In this document: positions 28,983 through 39,589 of the stretch, piece after piece | Position numbering within the stretch: the first letter of the stretch is position 1 | Layout: the number at the start of each line of letters is the position of its first letter | NCBI GenBank assembly: GCA_964230645.1 | Contig: CAXRHT010000002.1 | Span: forward strand, 96,001 to 160,000 | DNA from: Bdellovibrionales bacterium | Lineage (GTDB): Bacteria > Bdellovibrionota > Bdellovibrionia > Bdellovibrionales > JAGQZY01 | Direction of reading: 5' to 3' | Length of the DNA: 64,000 bases | Made by a program: the position numbers and the translations under genes | The notes under the pieces: model-generated | What the model was told of the DNA's origin: nothing | Seen by the model: only the letters and a program-made list of their open reading frames with translations | The model's database searches: none

Positions 28983-29789
28983 ATGCTGAAGTATCCTGTT
29001 TTTTCTCTTTCTTTTTGCTCCACGATATTCATTTTTACGCTAATCTTGGCTTCTTGTGGTACAGACAATCCCTCCGGTGGTCAGGCCATACAAAATGAAA
29101 TCACAGCCAGTATCTTTAGTGACTCTGTAACAGAGTTTAGAGTTCAAGTATTTTATGAAACCGGAGCTGAACCAAGGGCAGGAACTATGTCGGGATTGGG
29201 CTCAGATGAGGTGTGGGATGTGACTGAGGCCAGTTATCAAGCTCTTTTTTCTGAACACCAGCAAAGAAGTATCGTTGTGCCAAAAGAATTAAACCAAATG
29301 ACTGAAATTGCGGATCAAGGACAGAGTGAGTGGTCCACCGAGGAACTTGTGGAGTTGGGATCAAGTCTTAGTGGAGAGGCTGTTGAAAACAATATCGCCC
29401 AGATCGCTGTTATATTTTTAGAGGGGACTCTCAACGGAAACGACTCAGTCTTAGGGGTACATATCACGGGCACACCTTTTTGTTTTGTTTTTAAAGACGT
29501 GGCGGAGAGTGTTGGTGGGACCGGTCAGCAGCAAGACTTTGTGGAGCAGGCCACGGTGGTTCATGAAATTGGCCACACTATTGGGCTGGTAAACAATGGT
29601 ATTCCCATGGTGGAAAATCATGAAGACCCAGAACATGAAAAACACACCACCAACCAAGAGGGTGTTATGTACTGGGCTGTGGAGTCTTCTGACACGATCT
29701 TAGATGCTCTGATTGATGCCATCGCTGGCAGTGACCTCAATCTTTTTGGAGAGGAGTCTCTCGGCGACGCAAGGGCCTATCACCCGTAA
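28983..29789 (+). CDS. Zinc metalloprotease-like lipoprotein
   Basis: LASC lipobox; HEIGHTIGL, further His residues and Met-turn-like GVMY. Confidence 0.8.
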   Translation: MLKYPVFSLSFCSTIFIFTLILASCGTDNPSGGQAIQNEITASIFSDSVTEFRVQVFYETGAEPRAGTMSGLGSDEVWDVTEASYQALFSEHQQRSIVVPKELNQMTEIADQGQSEWSTEELVELGSSLSGEAVENNIAQIAVIFLEGTLNGNDSVLGVHITGTPFCFVFKDVAESVGGTGQQQDFVEQATVVHEIGHTIGLVNNGIPMVENHEDPEHEKHTTNQEGVMYWAVESSDTILDALIDAIAGSDLNLFGEESLGDARAYHP

Positions 29790-29858
29790 GGTTAAAGGGA
29801 CTCTTTAACCTTGTGAAACCCGAGAATTCTGGTAGATAAGGGATTTTAGGAGGTAAGG

Positions 29859-30566
29859 ATGACGGCTTTAAGGATTCTAATTTCAATGTATGCCCTCGTC
29901 GGGCTATTTACTATTCCGGTAGACGCAGCTCCTAAAATCTTCCTTGAAAAAGGGGATGTGCTTGACTTTCAATTAAGTCAATTCAGCCAAGCTCCTTATC
30001 CCGTAAAGGCCCAAGCAGAACTCACTCGCGAATTGACTGAGTTTCAAAGCGCTTGGGATGAGGCCGCTGAACTTGGGATTCTTACTCTTGCTGAAGAAGT
30101 CGCCGGGCGTGATTTTGAGCGCAGAGAATACACGGCTTGGTTAGTTTTATCTTCTCTCCTTCCAATGGGACGGCCGTTAATCATCAATATGAACCCTTAC
30201 TTAGAAAAGGGTCAGAAAAATCATAAAACTCTCAGTAAAGAAAGTTTTGTAAGCCTTACTCATCATGAAGTGCTCCACTTTTTAGTACAAAACATTGAAG
30301 GCGAGACACTTTATAAAATGTCTCCTTTGGTCCATAAATACAAAGATGAATCTTTCAATGTATTGGTTCATCTTCATTTAATGGCTGTGCAGAAAATGGT
30401 TTATGAGCGCCTCGATGAAAAAGGGGAGTCTTTTCTTTCTGAAACCAAGTCTCTTTATAAGAATATCATCGGAGGGGATTATAAAAGAGCTTGGGAAATT
30501 GTTGGAAAAGAAGGGGCGAGAGCCTTTGTTGATGAATTAAAACACTATAACCAATCGGAGCAATAG
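29859..30566 (+). CDS. Secreted hypothetical protein with HExxH motif
   Basis: Signal peptide; HHEVLH, HLHL; GGAGG RBS. Confidence 0.65.
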   Translation: MTALRILISMYALVGLFTIPVDAAPKIFLEKGDVLDFQLSQFSQAPYPVKAQAELTRELTEFQSAWDEAAELGILTLAEEVAGRDFERREYTAWLVLSSLLPMGRPLIINMNPYLEKGQKNHKTLSKESFVSLTHHEVLHFLVQNIEGETLYKMSPLVHKYKDESFNVLVHLHLMAVQKMVYERLDEKGESFLSETKSLYKNIIGGDYKRAWEIVGKEGARAFVDELKHYNQSEQ

Positions 30567-30575
30567 ATTTATCTA

Positions 30576-31109
30576 ATGACTTATAAAGAGATTATCAAGT
30601 TTTGGTTTGAAGAGCTAAGCCCCGGTCAACACTGGGTGAAAGACGAAGCTTTGGATCAAGAAATTAAGAAGCGTTTTAAAGAGGTTCATAGTCAGGCTTG
30701 CCTGGGTGAGCTTTTTAGCTGGCGAGGGAGCCCTGAGGGAAGATTGGCGGAGATTATTGTTCTTGATCAGTTCTCTCGTAATATTTATCGCGATCAAAAA
30801 GAATCCTTTGCTCAAGACGCCCAAGCTCTTTGTTTGGCACAAGAGGCTGTTTTTCATAGGATCGATCAAGAACTCGATCCCGATAAAAGACATTTTCTCT
30901 ATATGCCCTATATGCACAGTGAGTCGGCTCGCATTCATGAAGAGGCCTTGAGACTTTTTAGTCAAAAGGGGCTTAACCCAGATTTTGAGATAAAACACAA
31001 AAAAATTGTGGACCGCTTTGGGCGCTACCCTCACCGCAATCAAGTTTTAGGAAGAGAATCGACTCCAGAAGAAATCGAATTTCTAAAAGAGCCGGACTCC
31101 TCTTTTTAG
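30576..31109 (+). CDS. DUF924 family protein
   Basis: FWF, LAEIIVLDQFSRN, FLYMPYMHSE, RFGRYPHRN..LGR.ST. Confidence 0.93.
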   Translation: MTYKEIIKFWFEELSPGQHWVKDEALDQEIKKRFKEVHSQACLGELFSWRGSPEGRLAEIIVLDQFSRNIYRDQKESFAQDAQALCLAQEAVFHRIDQELDPDKRHFLYMPYMHSESARIHEEALRLFSQKGLNPDFEIKHKKIVDRFGRYPHRNQVLGRESTPEEIEFLKEPDSSF

Positions 31110-31116
31110 CAAAAAA

Positions 31117-31140
31117 AAACCGGCTCGATGAAAGCCGGTT
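31117..31140. terminator. Intrinsic terminator between convergent genes
   Basis: AACCGGCT/AGCCGGTT hairpin preceded by an A tract. Confidence 0.7.
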
Positions 31141-31166
31141 CTTCCTAAAGAAAAATTTTTTAAAAA

Positions 31167-32150
31167 TTATTGAGGGCCCGTTTGATTAGGGTCCACGGCT
31201 ACCACTCCAACACCCATGGCTTGGATGGAGCGCAAACGCTCTCCGGCCTGAGTTGATAAAGATTGAATGTCTTGTAGCATTCTCTCAGCGGCATCGGCTT
31301 GGTGTCCAGTGTCCTCGGTCGCAGTTGATGGGTTGGGCGAGTTTAAAGAGCTTAAGTAGTTGGCCACCTGGTTGTGACGATCTTTGGCTCTTCCTAGAAA
31401 GGCTATAGCAACATTGGCCCTTTCGGCACACTCGGCGTTATGACAAGGGGCTAAAAGGGTTTCCATTTCTTCAATTTGAGTTCCTAATTGCGGCATGCTT
31501 TGCTCAAGGCCTGACATAGCGTTCATAAGGCGCTCGTTATTAGAAGCAATCTCTTCGCGAGTGGAGATTACAGCCTGAGCGTCTTCAAAAGACTTTTGAA
31601 AGGCTGAAACAATCAATTCCATTCTCTCGATTTTGTTTTCAGAAGCGTTCATCACTCCATCGTGGACGTTTGAACTGTATTCACCTAACATTTGCTCGGC
31701 AATCGTTCCTGCGGCACGTACCACACAGTAAGGATTATTGGAATCTTCAACAGCTTGAGCGTAGGCGTTTACGGCCATACGGTAGTCAGCAATATCTTCT
31801 GAGCCGGAGTTGATCACTTCAGCCGGGTTTACTTCACGAATTCCACCGTTACGAGGGTAGAAAAAGGATTGTAATTGTGATGAGTCTACATCGTCTTCTG
31901 AGCACTGTTCGTCGCCATAAACATTAGCATTTTTCATTGCAGTCAATGAGGCGTGAGCGTTGGCTTCTCGACGAGTTAAAATTTCGGCCGCTGAAGTTTG
32001 ATTTTCTGGCTCGGTGGGATTGACCGAAGGGCCGACATTGTCTTCTGAAGCGGCAGGACCTGGTTGATTGCCTTTCATTTCACTACAGGCTGTCATGGAT
32101 CCAGCTCCAATCACTATGGAAAGAACCGCGATTAAGCTTTTTATTTTCAT
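31167..32150 (-). CDS. Helical hypothetical lipoprotein
   Basis: MTAC lipobox, AGGAG RBS, Ala/Glu/Gln-rich helices. Confidence 0.75.
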   Translation of the reverse strand: MKIKSLIAVLSIVIGAGSMTACSEMKGNQPGPAASEDNVGPSVNPTEPENQTSAAEILTRREANAHASLTAMKNANVYGDEQCSEDDVDSSQLQSFFYPRNGGIREVNPAEVINSGSEDIADYRMAVNAYAQAVEDSNNPYCVVRAAGTIAEQMLGEYSSNVHDGVMNASENKIERMELIVSAFQKSFEDAQAVISTREEIASNNERLMNAMSGLEQSMPQLGTQIEEMETLLAPCHNAECAERANVAIAFLGRAKDRHNQVANYLSSLNSPNPSTATEDTGHQADAAERMLQDIQSLSTQAGERLRSIQAMGVGVVAVDPNQTGPQ

Positions 32151-32570
32151 CTAAAAACTCCTTTGGGGTTACGGGGGGGTAAGGGTTAACGCAACGACCT
32201 CTAGAGAGTTCAAGGAATGTACCAACGAGAGCTATTGAAAACTTCACAGAGTCAGAGATATGAAAACCAAATAGGGCCACTGCGCCAGACCCATTCAAGA
32301 GAGCTGTCAAAAAAAACGACAATCCAAAGTGACAGTCTTCGCTTGTGGAGTAACAATTTTTGGTGGTTTATCCACGGGCCGCAATCGAGGTTTCTTAGGA
32401 TATGTTTTAAAAAATGGGTATTTCAAGCAAGAAATTGAAGCTAAAGGGTTGAAAACAGGGAGTTAAAAGGGAGGTTCTGATGCTCTCAGCCTTGTTAAGG
32501 AGCCTTGGGCCTGCTAGCCATACGGGGTTGTAAAAAAGAGACTCACTCAAACACAATAGAAAGGAAGTGT

Positions 32571-34679
32571 ATGAAACTCTTAATTTCCCTATTCCTTGTT
32601 TTTGGAATGTTACCAGGAGCGATGGCGATGTCGAAAAAAAGTTTAGATGAAAATCCCGCATTTTCGGAATGGACCGGACCTTATCAAGGTGTTCCTCCAT
32701 TTGATAAAATTGAGACCGAAGATTTTGAGCCCGCACTTAAAGGCGTTTTTGCAAAAGCGAAAAAAGAATACCAAAAGATTGCGGAGCAAAAAGCGGATCC
32801 CACTTTTGAAAACACAATGGTTCCAATGGAAAAAACTTTTAAAGACATCGAGCGTGTCAATTTGCTCTTCTCTATTTGGAATTCAAATTTGAGTAATGAT
32901 GAAGTGCAAGCTGTCGAGAAAGAAATGGCTCCTATTATGGCGGCATTCGATGACGAAGTGGTGCAAAATGAGGCTCTCTTCAATCGAATTAAAAGCATAT
33001 ACAAAGGAAAAGACTACAAGAAGCTTTCTAGTGAACAACAAAGACTCGTTTGGAAATACTACACGGACTTTGTGAAAAGAGGGGCCGCTCTTGATGCTGG
33101 TCAAAAAAAACAAGTGGCTGAAATAAATAAAAAACAAGCCGAGCTCACCACACAATTTCAGCAAAATCTTTTAAACGATGAAAACGATGACTATCTTCTC
33201 ATCTCAGACAAAAAAGATGTCCAAGGCTTACCAGAGTGGTTGAAAAATTCCGCCAAGACGGAGGCAGAAAAAAGGGGCTTAAAAGGTTGGGTGATTTCTA
33301 ATACCCGTTCAAGCATGCAACCCTTTATCACCTACAGTCCGAATCGAGAACTGAGAGAGAAAGCTTTTAAAATTTGGACCTCCAGAGGAGATAACGGTGG
33401 TAAAAATGATAATAACAAGATCATCACCGAAATTTTAAAGCTCCGAGCTCAGCGTTCAAAGATTATGGGATTTGATTCCTACGCTCATTGGCAACTTTCG
33501 GACAAAATGGCGAAAACTCCTGAGAACGCCATGAAGCTGATGGAGCGTGTTTGGGAACCAGCTAAAAAGCAGGTCGCTAAAGACGTTAAGGACATGGAAA
33601 AGGTTATCAAGGAAGAGGAGAAAAAACCGTTTAAAATCAAACCATGGGACTATCGATACTACGCAGAAAAGCTTCGTCAAAAACGCTATGACTTCGATAT
33701 GGATAAGCTAAAACCCTATCTAGAGCTTCCCAAATTACAAAAAGCGATGTTTTGGATGGCCGGTGAACTCTATGGTTTTGACTTCAAGCAGGTGAAAAAT
33801 GTACCTGTCTTTCATCCCGACGTGACTGTTTACGAGGTCTCTAAAAATGATAAAACAGTTGGGCTTTGGTACTTTGACCCCTATGCCCGTAAAGGAAAAC
33901 GTTCAGGCGCTTGGATGAATGCCTATCGTTTGCAAGATCGATTGGGTGGAAAAGAGATTTTTCCCATCGTCTCAAACAACTCAAACTTTGTGAAATCAGA
34001 AAAAGGAGCCACCCGAATATCATGGGATGATGCCCAAACCATGTTCCATGAGTTTGGCCATGCTCTTCATGGTTTAAGCAGTGATGTGACCTATCCGTCT
34101 CTGGCGGGAACTAACACCGCACGAGACTTTGTGGAGTTCCCTTCTCAAATTCATGAGGATTGGTTGTCCACACCTGAAGTGTTGAAGTTTCTAACTAACA
34201 GCGACGGTGAACCCATTCCTAAGAAAATGCTCACAAAAATGAAAAAGGCCAAAACCTTTAATGAGGGTTTTGGAACGGTGGAGTATCTGGCCTCGGCTCT
34301 TATGGATATGAAGCTTCATTTGATGTCCAACCCTGATGTGAATCCCAAAGAGTACGAGAAGAAAACTCTTAAAAAGCTCGGAATGCCGGAGCAAATTGTG
34401 ATGAGGCACCGTCTTCCACAATTTGCCCATATCTTTTCCGGAGAAGGCTACTCGGCTGGCTATTATAGCTACCTATGGTCTGATGTTTTAAGCCAAGATG
34501 CTTTCAAAGCCTTCCTTGAAGCCAAAGGGCCTTATGACAAGAAAGTGGCCAAAAGCTTTCAGGAAAATATTCTCTCTGTCGGGGATACTATTGATCCTGC
34601 CAAAGCCTATCGCAAGTTTCGTGGAAGAGATCCTAAGGTTGGAGCTCTTTTGGAGGCCAAAGGCTTTAAAAAAATGTAG
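32571..34679 (+). CDS. Secreted M3 metallopeptidase (peptidyl-dipeptidase Dcp-like)
   Basis: PPFDKI, KPWD..YY, GKRSGAWM, FHEFGHALH, DFVEFPSQ, YSAGYYSYLW; signal peptide. Confidence 0.93.
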   Translation: MKLLISLFLVFGMLPGAMAMSKKSLDENPAFSEWTGPYQGVPPFDKIETEDFEPALKGVFAKAKKEYQKIAEQKADPTFENTMVPMEKTFKDIERVNLLFSIWNSNLSNDEVQAVEKEMAPIMAAFDDEVVQNEALFNRIKSIYKGKDYKKLSSEQQRLVWKYYTDFVKRGAALDAGQKKQVAEINKKQAELTTQFQQNLLNDENDDYLLISDKKDVQGLPEWLKNSAKTEAEKRGLKGWVISNTRSSMQPFITYSPNRELREKAFKIWTSRGDNGGKNDNNKIITEILKLRAQRSKIMGFDSYAHWQLSDKMAKTPENAMKLMERVWEPAKKQVAKDVKDMEKVIKEEEKKPFKIKPWDYRYYAEKLRQKRYDFDMDKLKPYLELPKLQKAMFWMAGELYGFDFKQVKNVPVFHPDVTVYEVSKNDKTVGLWYFDPYARKGKRSGAWMNAYRLQDRLGGKEIFPIVSNNSNFVKSEKGATRISWDDAQTMFHEFGHALHGLSSDVTYPSLAGTNTARDFVEFPSQIHEDWLSTPEVLKFLTNSDGEPIPKKMLTKMKKAKTFNEGFGTVEYLASALMDMKLHLMSNPDVNPKEYEKKTLKKLGMPEQIVMRHRLPQFAHIFSGEGYSAGYYSYLWSDVLSQDAFKAFLEAKGPYDKKVAKSFQENILSVGDTIDPAKAYRKFRGRDPKVGALLEAKGFKKM

Positions 34680-34735
34680 CGATCGCTATGGGGAGTAGAG
34701 AAGCTCCCCTAATATTTGCAGCATAAAGCTTTCAA

Positions 34736-34775
34736 AGGGAATAAGGTTTAAAAAGGGCCTTATTCCTTTTTTTTT
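34736..34775 (+). terminator. Intrinsic terminator after the M3 peptidase
   Basis: GGAATAAGG/CCTTATTCC stem plus long T tract. Confidence 0.75.
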
Positions 34776-34895
34776 GCTTTGGCAAAAACCGCCCCTGGTT
34801 TCAATGAGAATGACCAGGATATCGAAGAGGTTGGACGTTCATACTCTAAAGAAGGTGTGCTTCTATTTACCTGGTATATTCACTAGCGGGGCTCG

Positions 34896-35654
34896 TTAAT
34901 CTCTCATTTTGGCTAAAAGCCTCAGGATTTCAATGTAAAGCCACACGAGGGTAATCAAAAGGCCAAAAGCCGCGTACCATTCCATATATTTGGGAAGGTT
35001 TTGTTCACTGGCATTTTCTATAAAATCAAAATCCAGGACTAAGTTTAAGGCGGCAATGGCTATGACGGCCAGTGAAAAAAGGATTCCCACGGGGCCACCT
35101 GAGTGGATCAAAGGAATTTGAGCGCCAAAAAAGCTCATCACAAATCCAATCATGTAAATTAAGAAGATTCCACCGGTGGCAGCAGCCACTCCCAGGCGAA
35201 AGTTATCGGTGACTTTTATAAGTCCTGATTTGTAGACCACTAGAAGAGAGGCAAAGACTGCCGCTGTTCCCAAGACGGCCTGAAAGACAATGCCTGGATA
35301 ACGGTATTCAAAAAGAGCGGAAATGGCTCCCATTAAAACACCTTCAAGAATGGCGTAAACGGGAGCTAAATAAGGAGCTAAATGTTTTTTGAAGATAATA
35401 ATGAAGGCCAGGATAAGGCTTCCTATCACAGCCGGCAGGTGCCAAACCGAAAAGCTTGGGGCCACCCCTTGGCTCCAGCCCGAGGGAAACATTTGGCTCC
35501 AGGTCAAAGCCGCAGACATTATGACTAGCGCTACCAGGAAAAAGGATTTATTCACAGTTCCCTGAAGGGTCATCGTCCCTCCAGCTTGACTGGATACATT
35601 GCGGAAAGTGGTACTGTTTAAAGCCGGGTTGGCTGTTCTCATCGTCGTTCTCAT
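34896..35654 (-). CDS. Bax inhibitor-1/YccA family membrane protein
   Basis: MT..GTVNK, LDFDFIE, PKYMEWYAAFGL..TLVWLY.EILRLL. Confidence 0.92.
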   Translation of the reverse strand: MRTTMRTANPALNSTTFRNVSSQAGGTMTLQGTVNKSFFLVALVIMSAALTWSQMFPSGWSQGVAPSFSVWHLPAVIGSLILAFIIIFKKHLAPYLAPVYAILEGVLMGAISALFEYRYPGIVFQAVLGTAAVFASLLVVYKSGLIKVTDNFRLGVAAATGGIFLIYMIGFVMSFFGAQIPLIHSGGPVGILFSLAVIAIAALNLVLDFDFIENASEQNLPKYMEWYAAFGLLITLVWLYIEILRLLAKMRD

Positions 35655-35715
35655 AGCACCAGTTTAACTGAAAAAAGGCGCGCGAGCACGAAAGCCACGC
35701 TGTGTAGCATTATTC

Positions 35716-38700
35716 TTAGTCTATACAGCAGTGAAAGCTAGAACCAGTGTCTCCTAAGCTGATGGGGGCGCCATCAGGCTGACCAGTTCCCATTACGGAG
35801 ACTGCTAGATAACCTCCATCATAGACTAAATCACCGACGATATGGGTGGCCCCTATAGTTAAGGGAGTCCCGGTGATCGCATAGGCTTGAGTCATTTGGT
35901 TTTGAGAACAAATTTTTGAGCCCGGGTAGTTTGTATTACAAATTGAATTGGCGGTAGCATGTGAACCGGTTTCGTAGGTTGCGCTGATACAAAGGTCAGG
36001 ATTGTCAACACTTCCAATTTTATTCATACCGGCCGGACAGCGGGTATCTTTTATAGGGACCCAAGTGAGTGTTCCATCCAGATCGACGCAGACTTGTAGA
36101 ACATTAAGAACTTGGCTAGTGCGCATTTGTCCAATATCTGTATTGGTTGCACAGGTGGCGCCTCGGTCACCAATTTGAAGAGATCCTGGAGTTCTAGTGC
36201 GGCCTTGATCGTCGACGTTAAAAACCTCTGTGTTAAGACTGTCTGCGATGCGAAAAAGCTGTGTTTGCCCCGGTAACTGACGAACTTCAACTTGTGCTGT
36301 TGGTGTCATTGTCCCAAGACCAAGAAATCCATCAGGACTGATAGTCATTCGAGTTTCGGGCATACCACCATAGCCAGCGGTTCCAAAGTCTAAACTTGTG
36401 GGGGATTGAGAGCCAGAGTAAGTGCCTTCGACCTGAGCCCTTAGAAAAGCACCCTTGGGGTAATTTCCGCTGGAATTGCGACCATGAAATGCCACTTCTC
36501 CAAGAACATTGCCAGCGCTGACAGTATTGGGAGTTGCTTGCGATCCATTGGCTCTTGATAGGTTGATTTGGGAATGGGTTCCGTAGTTGTTTTGTTTGTA
36601 ATCACCCTCTTCAATATGTAGCTTAGATACTGGATTAAGAGTTCCGATTCCAATATTTCCAGTATTATCAATTGTCATAGCTGTTGTTGAATTTGTTCGT
36701 AAATTCAAATTGTAGTTATCGTTTGTTCCCAAGGTCATGGAGTCATTTAAACTATTTCCTCCGTTGCTAATAAAAGCATTGGATGCATTGACATAATTAA
36801 CAACTTCCGTCTGTGATAAAACAAAATTCTGTCGACTCATTCTTCTTAAAGCAGCGGTTGAGGCATCATGAATTAATATTTCATCCGCAGGATCAATAGT
36901 GGTTTCAGAAGCGGCTGATAGAATATCGACTTGCACACCTGTACCATCAACAGAAATACCCTCTCCTGCCATGACGCTGACATCGTCGGCATTAACTATG
37001 ATACCGTCACCAGCACCAATATCAATTTGCCTATCGGAACTGAAATCGCCACCACCCGTAAGACCATTACCCGCAATGAGACTCCTTGAAGCATCGATTT
37101 TGTCTGAATCAAGCTCGATAAAAGCCGCCTCTAAGGTGGTTGCTGTTAAGGGCGTAGTACCAACAGGAATCATCAGGGGATCCAGTTGACTTTCATCGAT
37201 GTCAAAGACCAGACTGTCTGGGGTTTGAGAAATATTAAGCTTTGAACTTGCGGTTTGAAGGGAGCGAAACTCTAAATCGACTCCATTCTTCTGATAGTAG
37301 AGACCCGAACCGCTGCCAATATTAGAAGCCGTGTTGGCTTCTCCTGTACCACCTAATGTTTCCCAAGCGGTTCCATCACAGTAAAGATAGGAAGTTCCAT
37401 CAAAACGAAGAGTTCCAGAATTGAGGAAAGAACAAGCGGAGACGTCATCACCAATTTTAATAGATCCCTGCACATCAAGCTTTGCTTGTGGAGTGGTTGT
37501 TCCGATTCCAATAAAAGTATTGTTGTCGATAAAAAGGGCTGATGAACCGGCCACCGAAAAACCAAGTTGATCAGGGCCAGGATAGTATAAGCCAGAGTTT
37601 GGATCTGCGTTAAAAACAATACCGGGTGCGGTAACAGTGCCACCATTAGCTCGAAGAGGAGCGGTCATGGCAACACTACCATCGGCAAGAAAATCTCCAG
37701 CCACTGGAAGGGTGTACCAACTCAAGCCTCCTGAGCCATCAGTCTGCAAAACATCCCCAGCGCTACCACCATCTGACGGCAAGGTCAGAGTCACATCGTT
37801 GGCAAGATTGGCTGGAGATTTGAGAGCGACATAGTTCGTGCCATTGGGTGTGGCTTCAGCAAGTTGAAGCTCAGTTTCGTTTGCCAAATTGATATTACCA
37901 CCAGAATTGATCCCTGCTGTCACTCCAATTCCACCTGAAACAGTCAGATCGTTGCCTACGCTGAGATCATTTCCAACACCAAGATTATTGACGTTGCTTA
38001 TATTTTGATTTCCTAAGTCGAGAGGTCCGCTCATGGTTCCGCCCGTGAGAGGAAGTTTACTAACGTCATTGGCAATCTGAGAGGTCCACTGGGTTCCGTT
38101 CCAAGATAACACTTCTCCATTGTTTCCCGCGGCAAGGGCCGAAAGCGTGGGGGTGTCGACCTGTAATCCACCAATATAGCTACGAGCGTATGCGACGTTG
38201 ACGGCATCGGAATCGATAGCAGGGTTTGGGTCAGCGACATTGATAATCTTTTGATTGTTATTATCCACGTCAGCTACAGGTACGCCACCAACCGAAAAAC
38301 TACTACTGGTTCCATCAAGAAGAGCTTGGAGTTCTGGCCAGTTGGTTGAGTTAAACACGTATTCAAGGTTAGCCTGATTAAGGCTATATCCTGCGCCTAC
38401 ATTGATTTGTAGGAGGTCCGTCGCTGTGAGGCCATTAACAGAACCGGCAGAAAGAGCGTAAGCATTGGCTCCGATGAGAACATCCTGATCGATTGTTATG
38501 GGACCGGAACCATCATTAAAGGTGATTCGCAATTTTCTGTGATCAGTGGATGCCGGGTCATAAACACCGCCAGCGGCGCAAGTCGATGGATTGACAGGGC
38601 CTGTGCTGTTGCTGAAGGCAGCAGCCAGGGAGTTAGTGTCTTCAAACGCAGAGCCTGATTGAGTTCCGTCCCCAAGATCAATGGCGAAGAAACCATTGGA

Positions 38701-38922
38701 GTTTGTCATATTGACTGTGTGAGATTCTTCGAAGAGCACACACTCCTCCGCTCCTGGGGAAAGCACTTGCAAAAGGAAATCAACGTTGGAGCCCTCAATG
38801 GGAACGTGCCCTGATGGATCAATCAACTGACCTTCGACAACCATGAATTCAGGAGCGGCCATGGCCTTGAATCCAAACAATAAAAGGAAAGTGAGAGGGA
38901 TAAGCTGAAAAAACTTATTCAT
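35716..38922 (-). CDS. Phage-tail-fibre-like trimeric adhesin (Bdellovibrio MAT-like)
   Basis: N-terminal G.LI.P.G.P......F...V..P....C.L.EE......G.F...LG domain; LPLTGGTMSG, G.IGIGT..P repeats; Cys-rich C-terminal tip. Confidence 0.78.
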   Translation of the reverse strand: MNKFFQLIPLTFLLLFGFKAMAAPEFMVVEGQLIDPSGHVPIEGSNVDFLLQVLSPGAEECVLFEESHTVNMTNSNGFFAIDLGDGTQSGSAFEDTNSLAAAFSNSTGPVNPSTCAAGGVYDPASTDHRKLRITFNDGSGPITIDQDVLIGANAYALSAGSVNGLTATDLLQINVGAGYSLNQANLEYVFNSTNWPELQALLDGTSSSFSVGGVPVADVDNNNQKIINVADPNPAIDSDAVNVAYARSYIGGLQVDTPTLSALAAGNNGEVLSWNGTQWTSQIANDVSKLPLTGGTMSGPLDLGNQNISNVNNLGVGNDLSVGNDLTVSGGIGVTAGINSGGNINLANETELQLAEATPNGTNYVALKSPANLANDVTLTLPSDGGSAGDVLQTDGSGGLSWYTLPVAGDFLADGSVAMTAPLRANGGTVTAPGIVFNADPNSGLYYPGPDQLGFSVAGSSALFIDNNTFIGIGTTTPQAKLDVQGSIKIGDDVSACSFLNSGTLRFDGTSYLYCDGTAWETLGGTGEANTASNIGSGSGLYYQKNGVDLEFRSLQTASSKLNISQTPDSLVFDIDESQLDPLMIPVGTTPLTATTLEAAFIELDSDKIDASRSLIAGNGLTGGGDFSSDRQIDIGAGDGIIVNADDVSVMAGEGISVDGTGVQVDILSAASETTIDPADEILIHDASTAALRRMSRQNFVLSQTEVVNYVNASNAFISNGGNSLNDSMTLGTNDNYNLNLRTNSTTAMTIDNTGNIGIGTLNPVSKLHIEEGDYKQNNYGTHSQINLSRANGSQATPNTVSAGNVLGEVAFHGRNSSGNYPKGAFLRAQVEGTYSGSQSPTSLDFGTAGYGGMPETRMTISPDGFLGLGTMTPTAQVEVRQLPGQTQLFRIADSLNTEVFNVDDQGRTRTPGSLQIGDRGATCATNTDIGQMRTSQVLNVLQVCVDLDGTLTWVPIKDTRCPAGMNKIGSVDNPDLCISATYETGSHATANSICNTNYPGSKICSQNQMTQAYAITGTPLTIGATHIVGDLVYDGGYLAVSVMGTGQPDGAPISLGDTGSSFHCCID

Positions 38923-39589
38923 TGATCGCTCCTAGGCGAGGGGATTTTAAGGATGGCTGCCATCCCTGATTTTGATATTTAATTTTTTGATCTCGAACAC
39001 GAATATGGTATTGAACTTCAGGGCTAACACCATGAATTGAGCTTTGCACTAAATTGATCTGCGAGTTGCGTGGTCGGTCGTCTTTTTTGCAGGTGTCAGG
39101 AAAACCAAAGATTTGAGCTAAAGAGTTGTTTTCACTCGGCCACTGAATCTCTATTTCGACTTCCTGATCTCCTGGGGCAAGATCAATGCCTTCGATGCGA
39201 CCGATACGATGCACTTTGTTTGTTCCAAAAGTCTTTCCAAGACCTTTTGAAAAATCGAAATTAGTCTTACAGCCAGAATCACTTTGCACAAAAAAGAGCT
39301 CGATCACCCGCGCTTTTCCTGAGCTTGTTTCGATTTCGATTTCAGAACCAGCAGGGGCGAGACCTGCGTAATCGCCGTAAGAGGGGTCACAAATTGTTTT
39401 GGAAGAGGAGATCAGATCATCCGCTTTGATATTAACGGCAAAACAACTGGTACCACTCAGGGCCGTGTTGCCCATTTTCTGAGGCATTTGAAAAAGAATG
39501 CGTGAGGCTTTTCCATCAGGAGCCTTTTTAGAGCACCCCATAGATAACAAAACTAAAAAAAGACCGGAGACGAGAGCAAGTTTTTTCAT
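38915..39589 (-). CDS. Hypothetical lipoprotein coupled to the fibre gene
   Basis: SMGC lipobox; 8-nt overlap with the fibre gene start. Confidence 0.75.
   Translation of the reverse strand: MKKLALVSGLFLVLLSMGCSKKAPDGKASRILFQMPQKMGNTALSGTSCFAVNIKADDLISSSKTICDPSYGDYAGLAPAGSEIEIETSSGKARVIELFFVQSDSGCKTNFDFSKGLGKTFGTNKVHRIGRIEGIDLAPGDQEVEIEIQWPSENNSLAQIFGFPDTCKKDDRPRNSQINLVQSSIHGVSPEVQYHIRVRDQKIKYQNQGWQPSLKSPRLGAINE

Noticed and set aside
28222..32150. Integrated island downstream of tRNA-Val
   Set aside because: No adjacent integrase, and I found no duplicate of the tRNA 3' end in the window.
35716..38922. Prophage suggested by the tail-fibre-like gene
   Set aside because: It has a signal peptide and a host-type N-terminal domain; no capsid, terminase or other phage genes nearby.
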